This document shows positions 1 to 9,887 of a DNA stretch of 64,000 nt, piece by piece. A program made the position numbers and the translations under genes. The notes beneath the pieces are model-generated. The model was not told where the DNA came from. It ran no database searches and saw only the letters and a list, made by a program, of their open reading frames with translations. How positions within the stretch are numbered: position 1 is the stretch's first letter; every line of letters starts with the position of its first letter. Source of the DNA: a virus. The stretch lies in UHGV virus genome UHGV-0023958; one strand, given 5' to 3'.

Positions 1-18
1 ATAAATCTTCCAGAAAAC

Positions 19-1044
19 GTGATAATTGTAGAAAATAAATATGGTCAAGGTTATGTAGTATCTGAAGGTAGTAGTCTTGATAATGCAAGAAATTGGGCTG
101 AAAGAAGTGATTGGGAACCTAAAGAATATAAATATAAAAATGGTACTTTTACTTTAAAGGTTACTAACGCTGCTGGTTATTCATCTCAAGGGGGCAAATT
201 ATCTTTCTGGAATTGTCAAATTAGAACAGAAGATGAAAAGGAATTTTTAATTGGAATTGCATCAGATTGTCTTGCTGAACTTATCATAAATAATACTTTG
301 ATAAATGGCAAATGTCAAAATAAGATATATTTTGCAAGATGTGGAAATTCTACTTGGGCTATAACAGAAAATATGCCATCATATAAAGCTGCTTTAGAAG
401 ATAAAAAGATTAAGGAAACTAAAACAACTATTAAATACGAACCAGGTGATCTTGTGGGAAGTTTAACATATACAGAATTATATCTTGGTGAAGTTTATGA
501 GTATATAAGTTTTTATCAACTTAACTCACGCGATAGATATTTCAAACACTTTGAGGTCAATGATAGAGCCTATGATAAACTTATAGTTATAAATGATAAA
601 CCTAGAAAATTTCACTGGCTTGTAAATGCTTATGATATTGATGAAGATTTCAATAATGAACCCACATTCTTCTGTACTTATTATCTATCTAAAAATAAGC
701 CAAAACGTAGAATTATAAAGAAGAGTTATGCTTTAAAAGATTATATAAATAACGCCTTAGAAGAATCTATAAAATATACTGCAAATAGATCAAGTGAATT
801 TAGTAGTGATGATCCTGTGCCTGAAATAGAAGTTTATTTAAGACAGTTTGTAAATGTCTATAGTCGTAAAGAAAATTTACCTCAGCCTAATAAAGAATTA
901 ATTCAAGAATTACTTACAAAATATCGCGCTATAGATCCATATAATTATACGATTAGGCATAATTGTAGTTATGTTATATATGAGCACGACTTAACTCCTG
1001 AATTATTAGAAGGTATCAAATCTGGCAAACTTGTTAAAGTTTAA
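19..1044 (+). CDS. hypothetical protein (5' boundary uncertain, window starts inside upstream context)
   Basis: 341-codon ORF from track; no recognisable motifs. Confidence 0.35.
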   Translation: MIIVENKYGQGYVVSEGSSLDNARNWAERSDWEPKEYKYKNGTFTLKVTNAAGYSSQGGKLSFWNCQIRTEDEKEFLIGIASDCLAELIINNTLINGKCQNKIYFARCGNSTWAITENMPSYKAALEDKKIKETKTTIKYEPGDLVGSLTYTELYLGEVYEYISFYQLNSRDRYFKHFEVNDRAYDKLIVINDKPRKFHWLVNAYDIDEDFNNEPTFFCTYYLSKNKPKRRIIKKSYALKDYINNALEESIKYTANRSSEFSSDDPVPEIEVYLRQFVNVYSRKENLPQPNKELIQELLTKYRAIDPYNYTIRHNCSYVIYEHDLTPELLEGIKSGKLVKV

Positions 1045-1075
1045 ATTGTAAAAATTATAATTGAATAATAAATTG

Positions 1076-1107
1076 AAAAAAGTCAACGAAATTAGTTGAC
1101 TTTTTTT
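1076..1107 (+). terminator. rho-independent terminator hairpin whose 3' half forms the -35 of the next promoter
   Basis: AAAAAGTCAAC-gaaatta-GTTGACTTTTTTT inverted repeat plus T-run. Confidence 0.55.
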
Positions 1108-1124
1108 CTGTTTTAGTATATAAT
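1096..1124 (+). promoter_or_regulatory. sigma70-type promoter
   Basis: TTGACT(1096-1101) -17bp- TATAAT(1119-1124); upstream gaaattag A-tract. Confidence 0.6.
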
Positions 1125-1160
1125 AGTATTGTAAATCAAAAAAAGAGAGGTATTTTATTT

Positions 1161-1688
1161 ATGAAAACACTTTTGATTGTAAATCTTATTGCCCTTGTAG
1201 TTCTTGTAGTATTTTTGACTTTGCTTTTAATTAATTATCTTAAAACTAATAAAGCACTATTTCACACTACAGCTGAGTTGGCTAGCGTTAAAGATGAAAA
1301 AGATAAGATTAAGTCAGAGCTTAATATTTATACTAAACCAAATCTAGCAGATATTTACCCCGAAGTTTATAACATAGTAGCTGCATGGTGCAAAGAAGTT
1401 GGGATTTATCAGGTAGCAATTAGGAATAGATATGACTCTAAATCAAATTGCTATAAATTCACCTTGTATACTGAAAGACCTGGAGCTTTTATCGGTAAAG
1501 CTGGAAGCACAATTGAGAAATATAAAAAGATGCTGTATGAATGTAGAGTCGGTTGCATGATTGGACAGATTGAGATAGAAGAAATCTCTGGCATAGTAAA
1601 TCAGAATCAAGTTGATGTAGAAGATTATTATAATTCTTATATGTCTAATTGGTTCGATTACGAGGAGGCGGGAGAGTATTATGAATGA
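1161..1688 (+). CDS. hypothetical membrane protein (N-terminal TM helix)
   Basis: ORF after promoter; SD AAAGAGAGG; hydrophobic N-terminus LLIVNLIALVVLVVFLTLLLI. Confidence 0.45.
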   Translation: MKTLLIVNLIALVVLVVFLTLLLINYLKTNKALFHTTAELASVKDEKDKIKSELNIYTKPNLADIYPEVYNIVAAWCKEVGIYQVAIRNRYDSKSNCYKFTLYTERPGAFIGKAGSTIEKYKKMLYECRVGCMIGQIEIEEISGIVNQNQVDVEDYYNSYMSNWFDYEEAGEYYE

Positions 1689-1909
1689 ATTAGAAGAAAT
1701 GCTTAAAAAATTATATGGTCTGCCGCCTTATGATAATTGGTCGAATATTTGTTACGGTGATGGATATTTTGCTAAATCCATTGAAGACAAATTTTCAGAG
1801 CAAGAAATTAAGCAGGCAAAAAAGAAATTAAAAATTTTTTGAAAATCTTGTAAAAACATTTGATATATATATGATATAATATACTTGTAAATAGAAAGAG
1901 GTGTTTAAA

Positions 1910-2143
1910 ATGAAAGTTGAGGAATTATTTAAAGTTATTGATACGAGGTTTTTCTACCCTGATATTCATATTGTTGACGATGCAAACTCAAGAAGCGTCC
2001 AAACATTTAAATATCTGCGGGATGGCGGAACTTACGTTAAAGAAATGCTTAATCAATTTGGAGACAGAACAATTGTACCACTTGGTGTTGATTTTGGTAC
2101 TGATGAATATGGAATTGACTACATTATAATCGAGGTAAAATAA
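1910..2143 (+). CDS. hypothetical protein
   Basis: SD GAAAGAGGTG then ATG 1910; preceded by extended -10 TGaTATAAT at 1872-1880. Confidence 0.4.
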   Translation: MKVEELFKVIDTRFFYPDIHIVDDANSRSVQTFKYLRDGGTYVKEMLNQFGDRTIVPLGVDFGTDEYGIDYIIIEVK

Positions 2144-2144
2144 T

Positions 2145-2444
2145 ATGTTTGTAATAAGTATAAAGAAAATATTTGACTGTTCAGGAAACAGATTAGAGAA
2201 ACCAGAATATGAATATTTTAGTTATGATAAATATGCGGGTTCTTTTAGTACTGGCTATCCTACTTGGGATGATTTTTATCATGCTGAAACTTTTAAAACT
2301 GCTGAACAAGCTAAAAAGGTTTATATGGAAAATTTACATATTCTTTATTGCAGTTGGAAAGACTATGACAGGGAAAGCGTAAGAATTTGTGAAATTAAAT
2401 TTAAGCCTATAGAAAAATTACCTTGGAAGGAAAGTGAAGACTAA
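2145..2444 (+). CDS. hypothetical protein
   Basis: ORF tightly packed with neighbours (ATGTTTG overlap). Confidence 0.4.
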   Translation: MFVISIKKIFDCSGNRLEKPEYEYFSYDKYAGSFSTGYPTWDDFYHAETFKTAEQAKKVYMENLHILYCSWKDYDRESVRICEIKFKPIEKLPWKESED

Positions 2445-2446
2445 TT

Positions 2447-2734
2447 ATGGAAATTAAAACTTATTATATAGAATTTAACTCTTGTAAAGATGGAGTAGTT
2501 TATTCTTTAGAGCAAACTGTAGAAGCAGCAGATATTTATAATGCTATGACAATAGTAGAGAATTACTGCCATGACAATTATGGAACTTGTGAAATTACTA
2601 GCGTTAAGAAAGTAAATAAAGATACTTTTACGTGTGAAGTTTGTAAAAGAAAATATCAATGGGCTTCTCCATGTACACCCGATGACTGCGAAGATAGATT
2701 TAAAGATTTTTGCAATAGAATAGAAGAAAATTGA
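2447..2734 (+). CDS. hypothetical Cys-rich protein
   Basis: ORF track; CxxC pairs. Confidence 0.4.
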   Translation: MEIKTYYIEFNSCKDGVVYSLEQTVEAADIYNAMTIVENYCHDNYGTCEITSVKKVNKDTFTCEVCKRKYQWASPCTPDDCEDRFKDFCNRIEEN

Positions 2735-2752
2735 ATTTGTGAGGATGAAAAA

Positions 2753-3040
2753 ATGATTGATATTAATACAGCTGTAAGGACTACTGAACGCAAACGAAAG
2801 AAATGTAAAAAAGATAATACAGAAAAAGATTATCAAAGATTTTTAAAATATTTAAATAAAAAAATTATTAAGGCGTGTAAAAAGGGAAGTTTTGATTATT
2901 GTTTTGATGTTGGTTGTGAAAGAAAGATTTTAGATAGATTAAAAACTGATTTAAACAATTTGGGTTACAAAGTAAATATTCGTGGACCTTTTTATAGTTT
3001 AGATACTTATTGGGAAATAAGAATTAGTTGGGAAAAGTAA
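2753..3040 (+). CDS. hypothetical protein
   Basis: ORF with SD GAGGATGAAAAA. Confidence 0.4.
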   Translation: MIDINTAVRTTERKRKKCKKDNTEKDYQRFLKYLNKKIIKACKKGSFDYCFDVGCERKILDRLKTDLNNLGYKVNIRGPFYSLDTYWEIRISWEK

Positions 3041-3069
3041 GGAAAGGATAAAAGAGGAAGAAATTTAAA

Positions 3070-3522
3070 ATGAAATTAAAAGGTAAACAAGCAGATGCGT
3101 TTGTGGATGCTTTGTCCAAAAGTGAAAAAATGAATGAAGAAAAAGAGAGTGGATTGTGTGCTTATAAATCGATGAATATAGAAGAGATTAAAAAAGAAAT
3201 TGATTACAAGCAAAAATACAATGATTTAATTGCACATATAAATACAGTACCGTTTATCACTAGCCCGATGGGAGACCTGCCAGTTACGTCAACAACTGTC
3301 AGAAATCTTTTAGACAAGTTGATAAAAACGGAAGAAGAAAACCATAGTTTAAGTAAACAGCTTTATGATTTAAATATTTATATCAATACCATCGAAGAAA
3401 TTCAAAATAATAACACAAAACATCTTGTAGATCTAATTAAAAAGGATATTCCCAAAGAATATCATAAACAGATTGATGAAACAACTAACATATTTCTTGG
3501 AGTGCAAAATGGAAAGATCTAA
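3070..3522 (+). CDS. hypothetical protein
   Basis: ORF with SD AAGAGGAAG. Confidence 0.4.
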   Translation: MKLKGKQADAFVDALSKSEKMNEEKESGLCAYKSMNIEEIKKEIDYKQKYNDLIAHINTVPFITSPMGDLPVTSTTVRNLLDKLIKTEEENHSLSKQLYDLNIYINTIEEIQNNNTKHLVDLIKKDIPKEYHKQIDETTNIFLGVQNGKI

Positions 3523-3921
3523 ATCTATTTCTGTGCGAATCATAAACAAAATCAAAAATTTAAAGATGAAGATTTTTGAATATGAAGACGAAGAACCAGA
3601 ATATGTAAACAGAAGGGCTGTTGCAATTTGCGATAGACACATTGAAAAATATCTTGCAAACGTTACACCTTATGAATCTGAAAGAAAAGAATTACGAGAA
3701 AATATTAAGTGGACTTGTGATAACTGCATGGAGAAATTAGAAAAACTTGGTTGGGAAGTTTATGGGCAATTATGAGTTTGAAGAATTTGTAAAAATTCTT
3801 AAGTGGGAAATACAAAAATATACCGTGAATCAAAAGATGAATGGAAAAGAGATAAATCCAGAAAACATTATTGATTTGATTGTCAAATGTGAAAATAAAG
3901 CAATAAAAAAATACTTTACAG

Positions 3922-4425
3922 GTGAAAATAATGAAAGGAATTGAAGTTTACAGAGGAAAAGTTGTTGACGAAGACGAATACGTGCAGGGTATATTAATCG
4001 GAGAAGATCAAATCTTTCAATATACAGAAGATGGTGAGTGGTCAGTAAATTGCGGCATCGGTTGTTTTTCTATCATACCAGAAACGATTGCGTATTGTGG
4101 AAAAATGGATATTGGAGATTTGACGGTTCTTCCGAGAACGGAAGAAGTGCAAGAATATCTGAAAAACCTTCCAAAATTTTATCTCGTTGCTTGTTGGGCG
4201 AGATATGGAGTTGTTGAATTTCCGTATAGCGGGAAAGATGTATTTGACGAAAAAGAGGGGTATGTTCCGTTGATATGGGAGTACGATGACCACAATGGGA
4301 CTTCCGACGAATATTATTTAAGAAAAATAACGGACACCACAACAGCTTCGATTTGGAATTGGTATAATAATAAATCAGTAGCAGAAGATGTAGCGAAAAA
4401 ACTTAACGAAAAATTCGATAAGTGA
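3922..4425 (+). CDS. hypothetical protein
   Basis: 167-codon ORF; antisense ORFs inside judged spurious. Confidence 0.45.
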   Translation: MKIMKGIEVYRGKVVDEDEYVQGILIGEDQIFQYTEDGEWSVNCGIGCFSIIPETIAYCGKMDIGDLTVLPRTEEVQEYLKNLPKFYLVACWARYGVVEFPYSGKDVFDEKEGYVPLIWEYDDHNGTSDEYYLRKITDTTTASIWNWYNNKSVAEDVAKKLNEKFDK

Positions 4426-4435
4426 AAATAATTTC

Positions 4436-4465
4436 AAAAAGTCAATCAAAATCGGTTGACTTTTT
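4436..4465 (+). terminator. terminator hairpin fused to the next promoter's -35
   Basis: AAAAAGTCAATC-aaaat-CGGTTGACTTTTT. Confidence 0.5.
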
Positions 4466-4484
4466 GTTTTGATTGTGCTATACT
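4456..4484 (+). promoter_or_regulatory. sigma70-type promoter
   Basis: TTGACT(4456-4461) -17- TATACT(4479-4484); SD AAAGGAGAG then ATG 4515. Confidence 0.6.
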
Positions 4485-4514
4485 AATTATAACGAATCTT
4501 AAAGGAGAGAGTTT

Positions 4515-4904
4515 ATGAAGAAAGAATATGGTTTCAGACACGCAGAATTCAATTGCGAGTATAGATATCCGATTATTTTTCATCCGATTCATAATTTCAA
4601 AGAATGGAAAGCTTATCGGTGGCGCAGAAAATATCTTTTAAAAAACGGTTTCGGACCAGAAGCATTTTGGGATACGGATCATTGGTTTGTTGATGTTATG
4701 CTTGAGATTTTAAAGAAACATTATGAATGGAGCAAAGAAAACCTGGATTCAAAAAATAATGAAGGTGTAGCAAATTTTCAAAAAGATCTTGCCCGTATGA
4801 TTGAAATTTTGGAATTTAAAAAAGATGAAAACGAAGCAGATGTGATTACTGACAGCGAATTTTTTAAATTACTTCAAAAGAGACTTCCTTTTTTATGGAA
4901 TTAG
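4515..4904 (+). CDS. hypothetical protein; the only gene I found that ends in TAG
   Basis: 129-codon ORF; stop TAG 4902-4904 abuts the left end of the IS element. Confidence 0.5.
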   Translation: MKKEYGFRHAEFNCEYRYPIIFHPIHNFKEWKAYRWRRKYLLKNGFGPEAFWDTDHWFVDVMLEILKKHYEWSKENLDSKNNEGVANFQKDLARMIEILEFKKDENEADVITDSEFFKLLQKRLPFLWN

Positions 4905-6235
4905 CGCAAGAAAATCCGTGACTTTAGTCGTGGGATGAATTGCGCGTAACAAGTTATGGAAGTAACTCGCGATAGAGAGTATGTTTACTCGATTCAATAT
5001 CACACAAAGAGGAGGTGAAGAATGTGGGAAAAGCTTATAAATATCGTATATATCCGAATGAAAAGCAGAAAGAGATAATAGCAAAGACATTTGGTTGTTG
5101 CCGTTTTGTATATAATAAGTATCTTGCGCAGAGAATTGAATTATATCAAACAAATAAATAGAGTTTGTCATACGTTAAGTGTGCAAAAGAAATATCTAAA
5201 TTAAAAGACGAACTTGAATGGCTTAAGGAAGTTGATTCCACGGCTCTTCAATCTTCCCTCAAAGATTTAGATAATACTTATCAGAAATTCTTTAAAGAAC
5301 ATACAGGATTTCCGAACTTCAAAAGTAAGAAAACGCACAGATATTCTTACAAATCTAGATATGTGAACGATAACATAAAATACCTCGGTAAATATATCAA
5401 ACTTCCAAAACTCGGATTGGTAAAAACGAAAAACAAGTTAATACCACAAGGAAGAATAGTAAATGTAACGATTTCTCAAGAACCAAGTGGTAAATATTAT
5501 GTTTCATTGTGTTGTGTAGATGTTGAAATAAAAGCATTACCAACAACTGGTAACACAATAGGCATAGATTTAGGAATTAAAGAATTTTGCATAACAAGTG
5601 ACGGAAAACTTGTGAACAATCCGAAATATCTTAAAAACTCGTTAAATAAACTTACAAAGTTGCAAAGAGAATTATCTCGAAAACCAAAAGATAGTTCTAA
5701 TCGTAACAAAGCAAGAATAAAAGTAGCAAGATTATACGAGAAAATTTCAAACCAGCGTAAAGACTTTTTACAAAAACTCTCAACCAATATCATTCGAGAA
5801 AACGATGTAATTTGCATTGAAGATTTGCAGGTGAAGAATATGGTTAAAAATCATAAGCTTGCACAGGCAATTAACGATGTTTCTTGGTCGGAATTTGTTC
5901 GAGAGTTAGAATATAAAGCACATTGGCATGGTAAGTTAGTTATTAAGGTTGATAGATTTTTTCCTAGTTCTCAAACTTGTAGTATTTGTGGATATAAGAA
6001 CGAGGAAACAAAAGATCTAAAAGTAAGAGAATGGGATTGTCCAGTTTGTCATACTCATCACGACAGAGATGTGAACGCTGCGATAAACATTCTTAATGAA
6101 GGACTAAAGCAATTAGCTTAAATATAAGAACCGCAGGAACTGTGGGGATAGCTTGGTAAATATTCTGACAGTAGTTGGAAGTTCCCAAGAATCTCACGGC
6201 TTTTAGCCGTGAGAGGTCCAAGGGATTAAAATAAT
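4905..6235 (+). mobile_element. IS200/IS605-family TnpB-only insertion element (no tnpA) with subterminal right-end hairpin
   Basis: TnpB ORF plus perfect 8-bp hairpin CTCACGGC-TTTTA-GCCGTGAG at 6193-6213 downstream of the stop, typical right-end/omegaRNA region; left boundary approximate. Confidence 0.55.
5024..6121 (+). CDS. tnpB: TnpB (IS605 OrfB, RuvC-like plus zinc finger) carrying one in-frame TAG at 5159-5161
   Basis: N-terminus [31 protein letters not shown] from GTG 5024, in frame through TAG into the 5165 ORF; RuvC motifs [27 protein letters not shown]; C-terminal CSICG..CPVCH zinc finger. Confidence 0.75.
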
Positions 6236-7051
6236 ATGACAGAACAAGAAATTTTTAATAGAGTAAAAGAGCACCACGAAGAAGCTAAATCATTAGGATA
6301 TAATGTCGTTGCAACTATTCTTCAAGGTTCACAGAATTACGGTCTTGAAATTGATTGCGAAGAATATCATTCTGATGTAGATACAAAATGTATCATAATT
6401 CCTAGTTTCGATGATTTTTGTTCTAATAAAGGTAGAATTTCTACTACGTATGTTCGGGCAAACAATGAACATATTGATTTAAAGGATGTTGGAACGTTAT
6501 TTGAATTGTTTAGGAAAGCAAATGTAAATATTCTTGAAATATTATTTTCAAAATATTATATTGTTGAATCAGATTACAAAGACTGGTTTGAAAAACTTCG
6601 TAGTTACGGAGAGCGTATTTGTAGTGCGAATAAGTGTCAAACATTCAGAACTATGTCTGGTTTGTCAATGGAAAAATACAAAGCACTTAAACATCCTTAT
6701 CCCTCAATTATTGATAAGATTGAAAAATATGGATATGACGGAAAACAACTTCATCATATTTTGCGTATAGCTAATTTCATCGGAAGATATTATCGTGGAG
6801 AAAGATTTAAAGATTGTCTGAAAGTCCATAAAAATTCTCGTGAGAATATGGATAAAGCAAAACTGAACTGGTTTTCTCTTGGTACGGCGGAATCTCTTGC
6901 AAAGATGTGGGACGATTTCACGAAAGAAATCAAAGATAAGTATTGCGAAGAACATAAAAACGATCCTATCGACGAAAAGATGTACGAAATTTTAAACAAA
7001 ATGAAAGTAGAAGCATACAAAGTGGCATTTAGAAAAGAATTGTCTCTGTAA
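6236..7051 (+). CDS. putative Pol-beta-superfamily nucleotidyltransferase
   Basis: GSQNYGLEIDCEEYHSDVDT resembles the GS..(D/E)xD nucleotidyltransferase signature; function not assignable. Confidence 0.35.
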   Translation: MTEQEIFNRVKEHHEEAKSLGYNVVATILQGSQNYGLEIDCEEYHSDVDTKCIIIPSFDDFCSNKGRISTTYVRANNEHIDLKDVGTLFELFRKANVNILEILFSKYYIVESDYKDWFEKLRSYGERICSANKCQTFRTMSGLSMEKYKALKHPYPSIIDKIEKYGYDGKQLHHILRIANFIGRYYRGERFKDCLKVHKNSRENMDKAKLNWFSLGTAESLAKMWDDFTKEIKDKYCEEHKNDPIDEKMYEILNKMKVEAYKVAFRKELSL

Positions 7052-7342
7052 AACAAGGTGAATTATTATGGAAAATGTAGTATTTTTTGAAACCGATAAA
7101 GATTTAAAGAAACTAACCGGTGTGAAAGATTTTAAAGAACTTTGGGATGAAGGCTGGGATTTGGATGATTGGGATTTCGGTATTCAGACTGAAGAAGAGT
7201 GGGATGAAATGAATCCAAATTCTAAATATTATGATGATTGGAAACATTTTTATCGCTGGTGCATGGAAAATATGATGAATACGTTCCAGGTAGGTCATTA
7301 TACGCATAATGGGAAACATTATTATTTTAAACATCATTAACT

Positions 7343-7771
7343 ATGTTTAGCGAGAAGAAAATAAATAAATATTTTGAGCTTGCAAAGAACGCTTCGAAGT
7401 TCTCGGATTTCCATAAACAGAAGATTGGTGCAATTATTGTAAATAAAAACCACGTTGTGTCTGTCGGTTGGAATACACAAAAAACTTCTACGATGCAAAA
7501 GCAATACAATAAAAGTATTTCAAAGCCTTGGATAGACACTTCACCGAATTGTATGCACGCCGAAATAAACGCGTTACAAAGATTACCAAAGCAACTACGC
7601 GATGATTTATCTAAGAGCCACCTGTTTGTTTATCGAGAAAGTAATGGCGTAAAGAGATTAGCGAAACCTTGTAAGGCATGTGAAAAAGCATTAAGAGATT
7701 TCGGGATTACGAATGTTCATTACACAGGATTGAATTCTTTTGTTTATGAAAAATATTTAGAGGGAGAATGA
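7343..7771 (+). CDS. dCMP (deoxycytidylate) deaminase
   Basis: zinc-deaminase motifs CMHAEINAL and PCKACEKAL; IGAIIV..GWN core. Confidence 0.65.
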   Translation: MFSEKKINKYFELAKNASKFSDFHKQKIGAIIVNKNHVVSVGWNTQKTSTMQKQYNKSISKPWIDTSPNCMHAEINALQRLPKQLRDDLSKSHLFVYRESNGVKRLAKPCKACEKALRDFGITNVHYTGLNSFVYEKYLEGE

Positions 7772-8139
7772 TGATTTTTGTTTTGAAAGATGATGTGTGG
7801 TGCGACACAGTATTTAGTTCTATTGATAGCAAAAGTTTAAATATTTGTGTTAGAAATTCTTATAAAATCAAATATTCCGATGATATTGAGAATTTATTAA
7901 AAATAATTAGCGATAGTCCTACTTTCACGGAATTTAAAATTGCTGGTTATAAACGAACATTGTTAAGTATGCGGCGAGAATGGGAAGCGCATAATCTTCT
8001 TTATAAACTCGGAATTTTTAAAGATAGCACAGGAAGCACAGATTTAGATAACAACGAAAGCTTTATACGAAAGGCTGGCTATACGGTTTTATCGTTTATT
8101 TATAGATTGTTTAATAGGAGAAAGAAAGTAAAAAAATGA
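7768..8139 (+). CDS. hypothetical protein
   Basis: ORF overlapping neighbours by 4 nt (operon). Confidence 0.4.
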   Translation: MMIFVLKDDVWCDTVFSSIDSKSLNICVRNSYKIKYSDDIENLLKIISDSPTFTEFKIAGYKRTLLSMRREWEAHNLLYKLGIFKDSTGSTDLDNNESFIRKAGYTVLSFIYRLFNRRKKVKK

Positions 8140-8822
8140 TTGAAGTTGAATTGATTTCATATACACAAAATCCAGTAAATGTAATTGAGAGCGCGGCATC
8201 GACTTGCTACGATTCTACGCCGACAGACGGAAGAATTATGAACCACTGCTACAAATCGGGGCATCATTCAGTTTTGGAATTTGCTGAATTTGCTTTTAAA
8301 ATCAAAGGTGTGAGCAGAGCTTTAACGCACCAACTGGTACGCCATAGATTGGCAAGTTTTGCACAGAGGTCGCAACGCTATTGTTCAGAAGACGGTTTTC
8401 AATACGTTATTCCCCCGAAGATTAAAAATGATCCGAAAGCGTTAGATTTATACGAAAATTTGATGAATTATATTTCTCGCACTTATAATGAATTGATAGA
8501 AAGAAATATTGAACCAGAAGATGCACGCTTTGTTTTACCGAACGCTTGCGAAACAGAAATTTGCGTAAAAATGGATCTGCGAGAACTTATTCATTTTTGC
8601 AACGAAAGACTTTGTGTGTGTGCACAGTGGGAAATTCGTCAACTTGCGAGTAAGATGAAAGAGAAAGTTATTGAGGTCGAACCAAAATTTGCACCTTATC
8701 TTGTTCCGAAATGTGAAAAACTTTCACCTTATAGCTTCTGCACAGAGAGCAAAAAGAGAAGTTGTGGTAGACACCCTGTTATCGGAGATATTTTTAAAAA
8801 GGCGGAAAATAAAAATGAGTGA
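8136..8822 (+). CDS. thyX: FAD-dependent thymidylate synthase ThyX
   Basis: ThyX signature RHRLASFAQRSQRY (RHR..S motif); about 228 aa. Confidence 0.8.
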   Translation: MIEVELISYTQNPVNVIESAASTCYDSTPTDGRIMNHCYKSGHHSVLEFAEFAFKIKGVSRALTHQLVRHRLASFAQRSQRYCSEDGFQYVIPPKIKNDPKALDLYENLMNYISRTYNELIERNIEPEDARFVLPNACETEICVKMDLRELIHFCNERLCVCAQWEIRQLASKMKEKVIEVEPKFAPYLVPKCEKLSPYSFCTESKKRSCGRHPVIGDIFKKAENKNE

Positions 8823-9082
8823 TTATAAGAGTTTCACCTATTCGGTTGGCGATGATACCGAAGTAACAAATTATTATTCTGCAGATACCATATATTATGC
8901 AATTGCCGACATTATTTTCGAAGATAATATTTATGATATTGTGAAAGACAAATTGACCGAACCAGAAATGGTTAGAATTATAACAAATCTTTCAAAAGAA
9001 ATTAAAGAGGCAAATATAAATATTGATTATTATATGGATTGCCTTAAAGAGTATTTTCACAACAAAGACAGCGAGGTTTAAA

Positions 9083-9493
9083 ATGAGATTTTCATTTAGA
9101 GTTTATGATTTAAATTATGATCATATTTTTTCTTATCACGAAATGTTTCATAAAAAAGATGATAGAAATAAAGTAGCTTATAAAATATATAAAAACATTG
9201 AAATGTTTTACATAACTCATAAAGACGAATTCCCAGCGATTATCGAAGTATGGAAATACAACGTTTCTTCGCATAATACACGTAAGTTGATGTGTGTTGC
9301 GAATTATGACGAAGAACAAAAAGAAGGGTTTTCGATTGCGTTCACAAATGAATTTATGAAAACATTAAAAGCGTACCCGCTTCCGAAGCCTGTGAGACGA
9401 GAGTTTAAAATGCAGTTCGGAGACCTCGTAAATATAATAGAAGATAGTATTTTAAAAAAAGACGGTGACGAAGATGCGGGACTGCTCTCCTAA
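9083..9493 (+). CDS. hypothetical protein
   Basis: SD AGCGAGG then ATG 9083. Confidence 0.4.
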   Translation: MRFSFRVYDLNYDHIFSYHEMFHKKDDRNKVAYKIYKNIEMFYITHKDEFPAIIEVWKYNVSSHNTRKLMCVANYDEEQKEGFSIAFTNEFMKTLKAYPLPKPVRREFKMQFGDLVNIIEDSILKKDGDEDAGLLS

Positions 9494-9887
9494 AAGATGT
9501 TTGTTTCCGAGTTGTGGCAAAGGTATTTGTTGTTCGTTATGCGATGATAAAAAATGCAAAGAAAGATGTGTAGATGATGCGACCGTTTGCAAATATATAA
9601 CAACAGACAACGGAACAATTATTAATCGAAAGAAACCAAAAATTGAAGTAAGGACACTTTCGTATTTAAAGGAAAATTCTTATACAAATTGTTTGCTCGA
9701 AGAAACACGTTGCCATTTAAAAATTTGTTGCAAGTTTTGTGAGAATTTCAAATCTTGTGAAAATGCTTGTCAGGAAAATCCTGCGCAATGCAAATATATC
9801 ACTATTAAACCAACACAGGTTGTAAAGCAAGAACCAAAGAAGCGTGGAAGAAAAAAGAAGGAGAATGTTGAAAATGCAGAACTTTGA
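9465..9887 (+). CDS. hypothetical Cys-rich protein with basic KKRGRKKK tail
   Basis: ORF track; repeated C-x2-C and CK motifs. Confidence 0.4.
   Translation: MTKMRDCSPKRCLFPSCGKGICCSLCDDKKCKERCVDDATVCKYITTDNGTIINRKKPKIEVRTLSYLKENSYTNCLLEETRCHLKICCKFCENFKSCENACQENPAQCKYITIKPTQVVKQEPKKRGRKKKENVENAEL

Noticed and set aside
5022-5078. ATG at 5022 as the tnpB start
   Set aside because: It is out of frame with TnpB and gives an 18-aa peptide. GTG 5024 is in frame and reproduces the conserved TnpB N-terminus (KAYKYRIYP).
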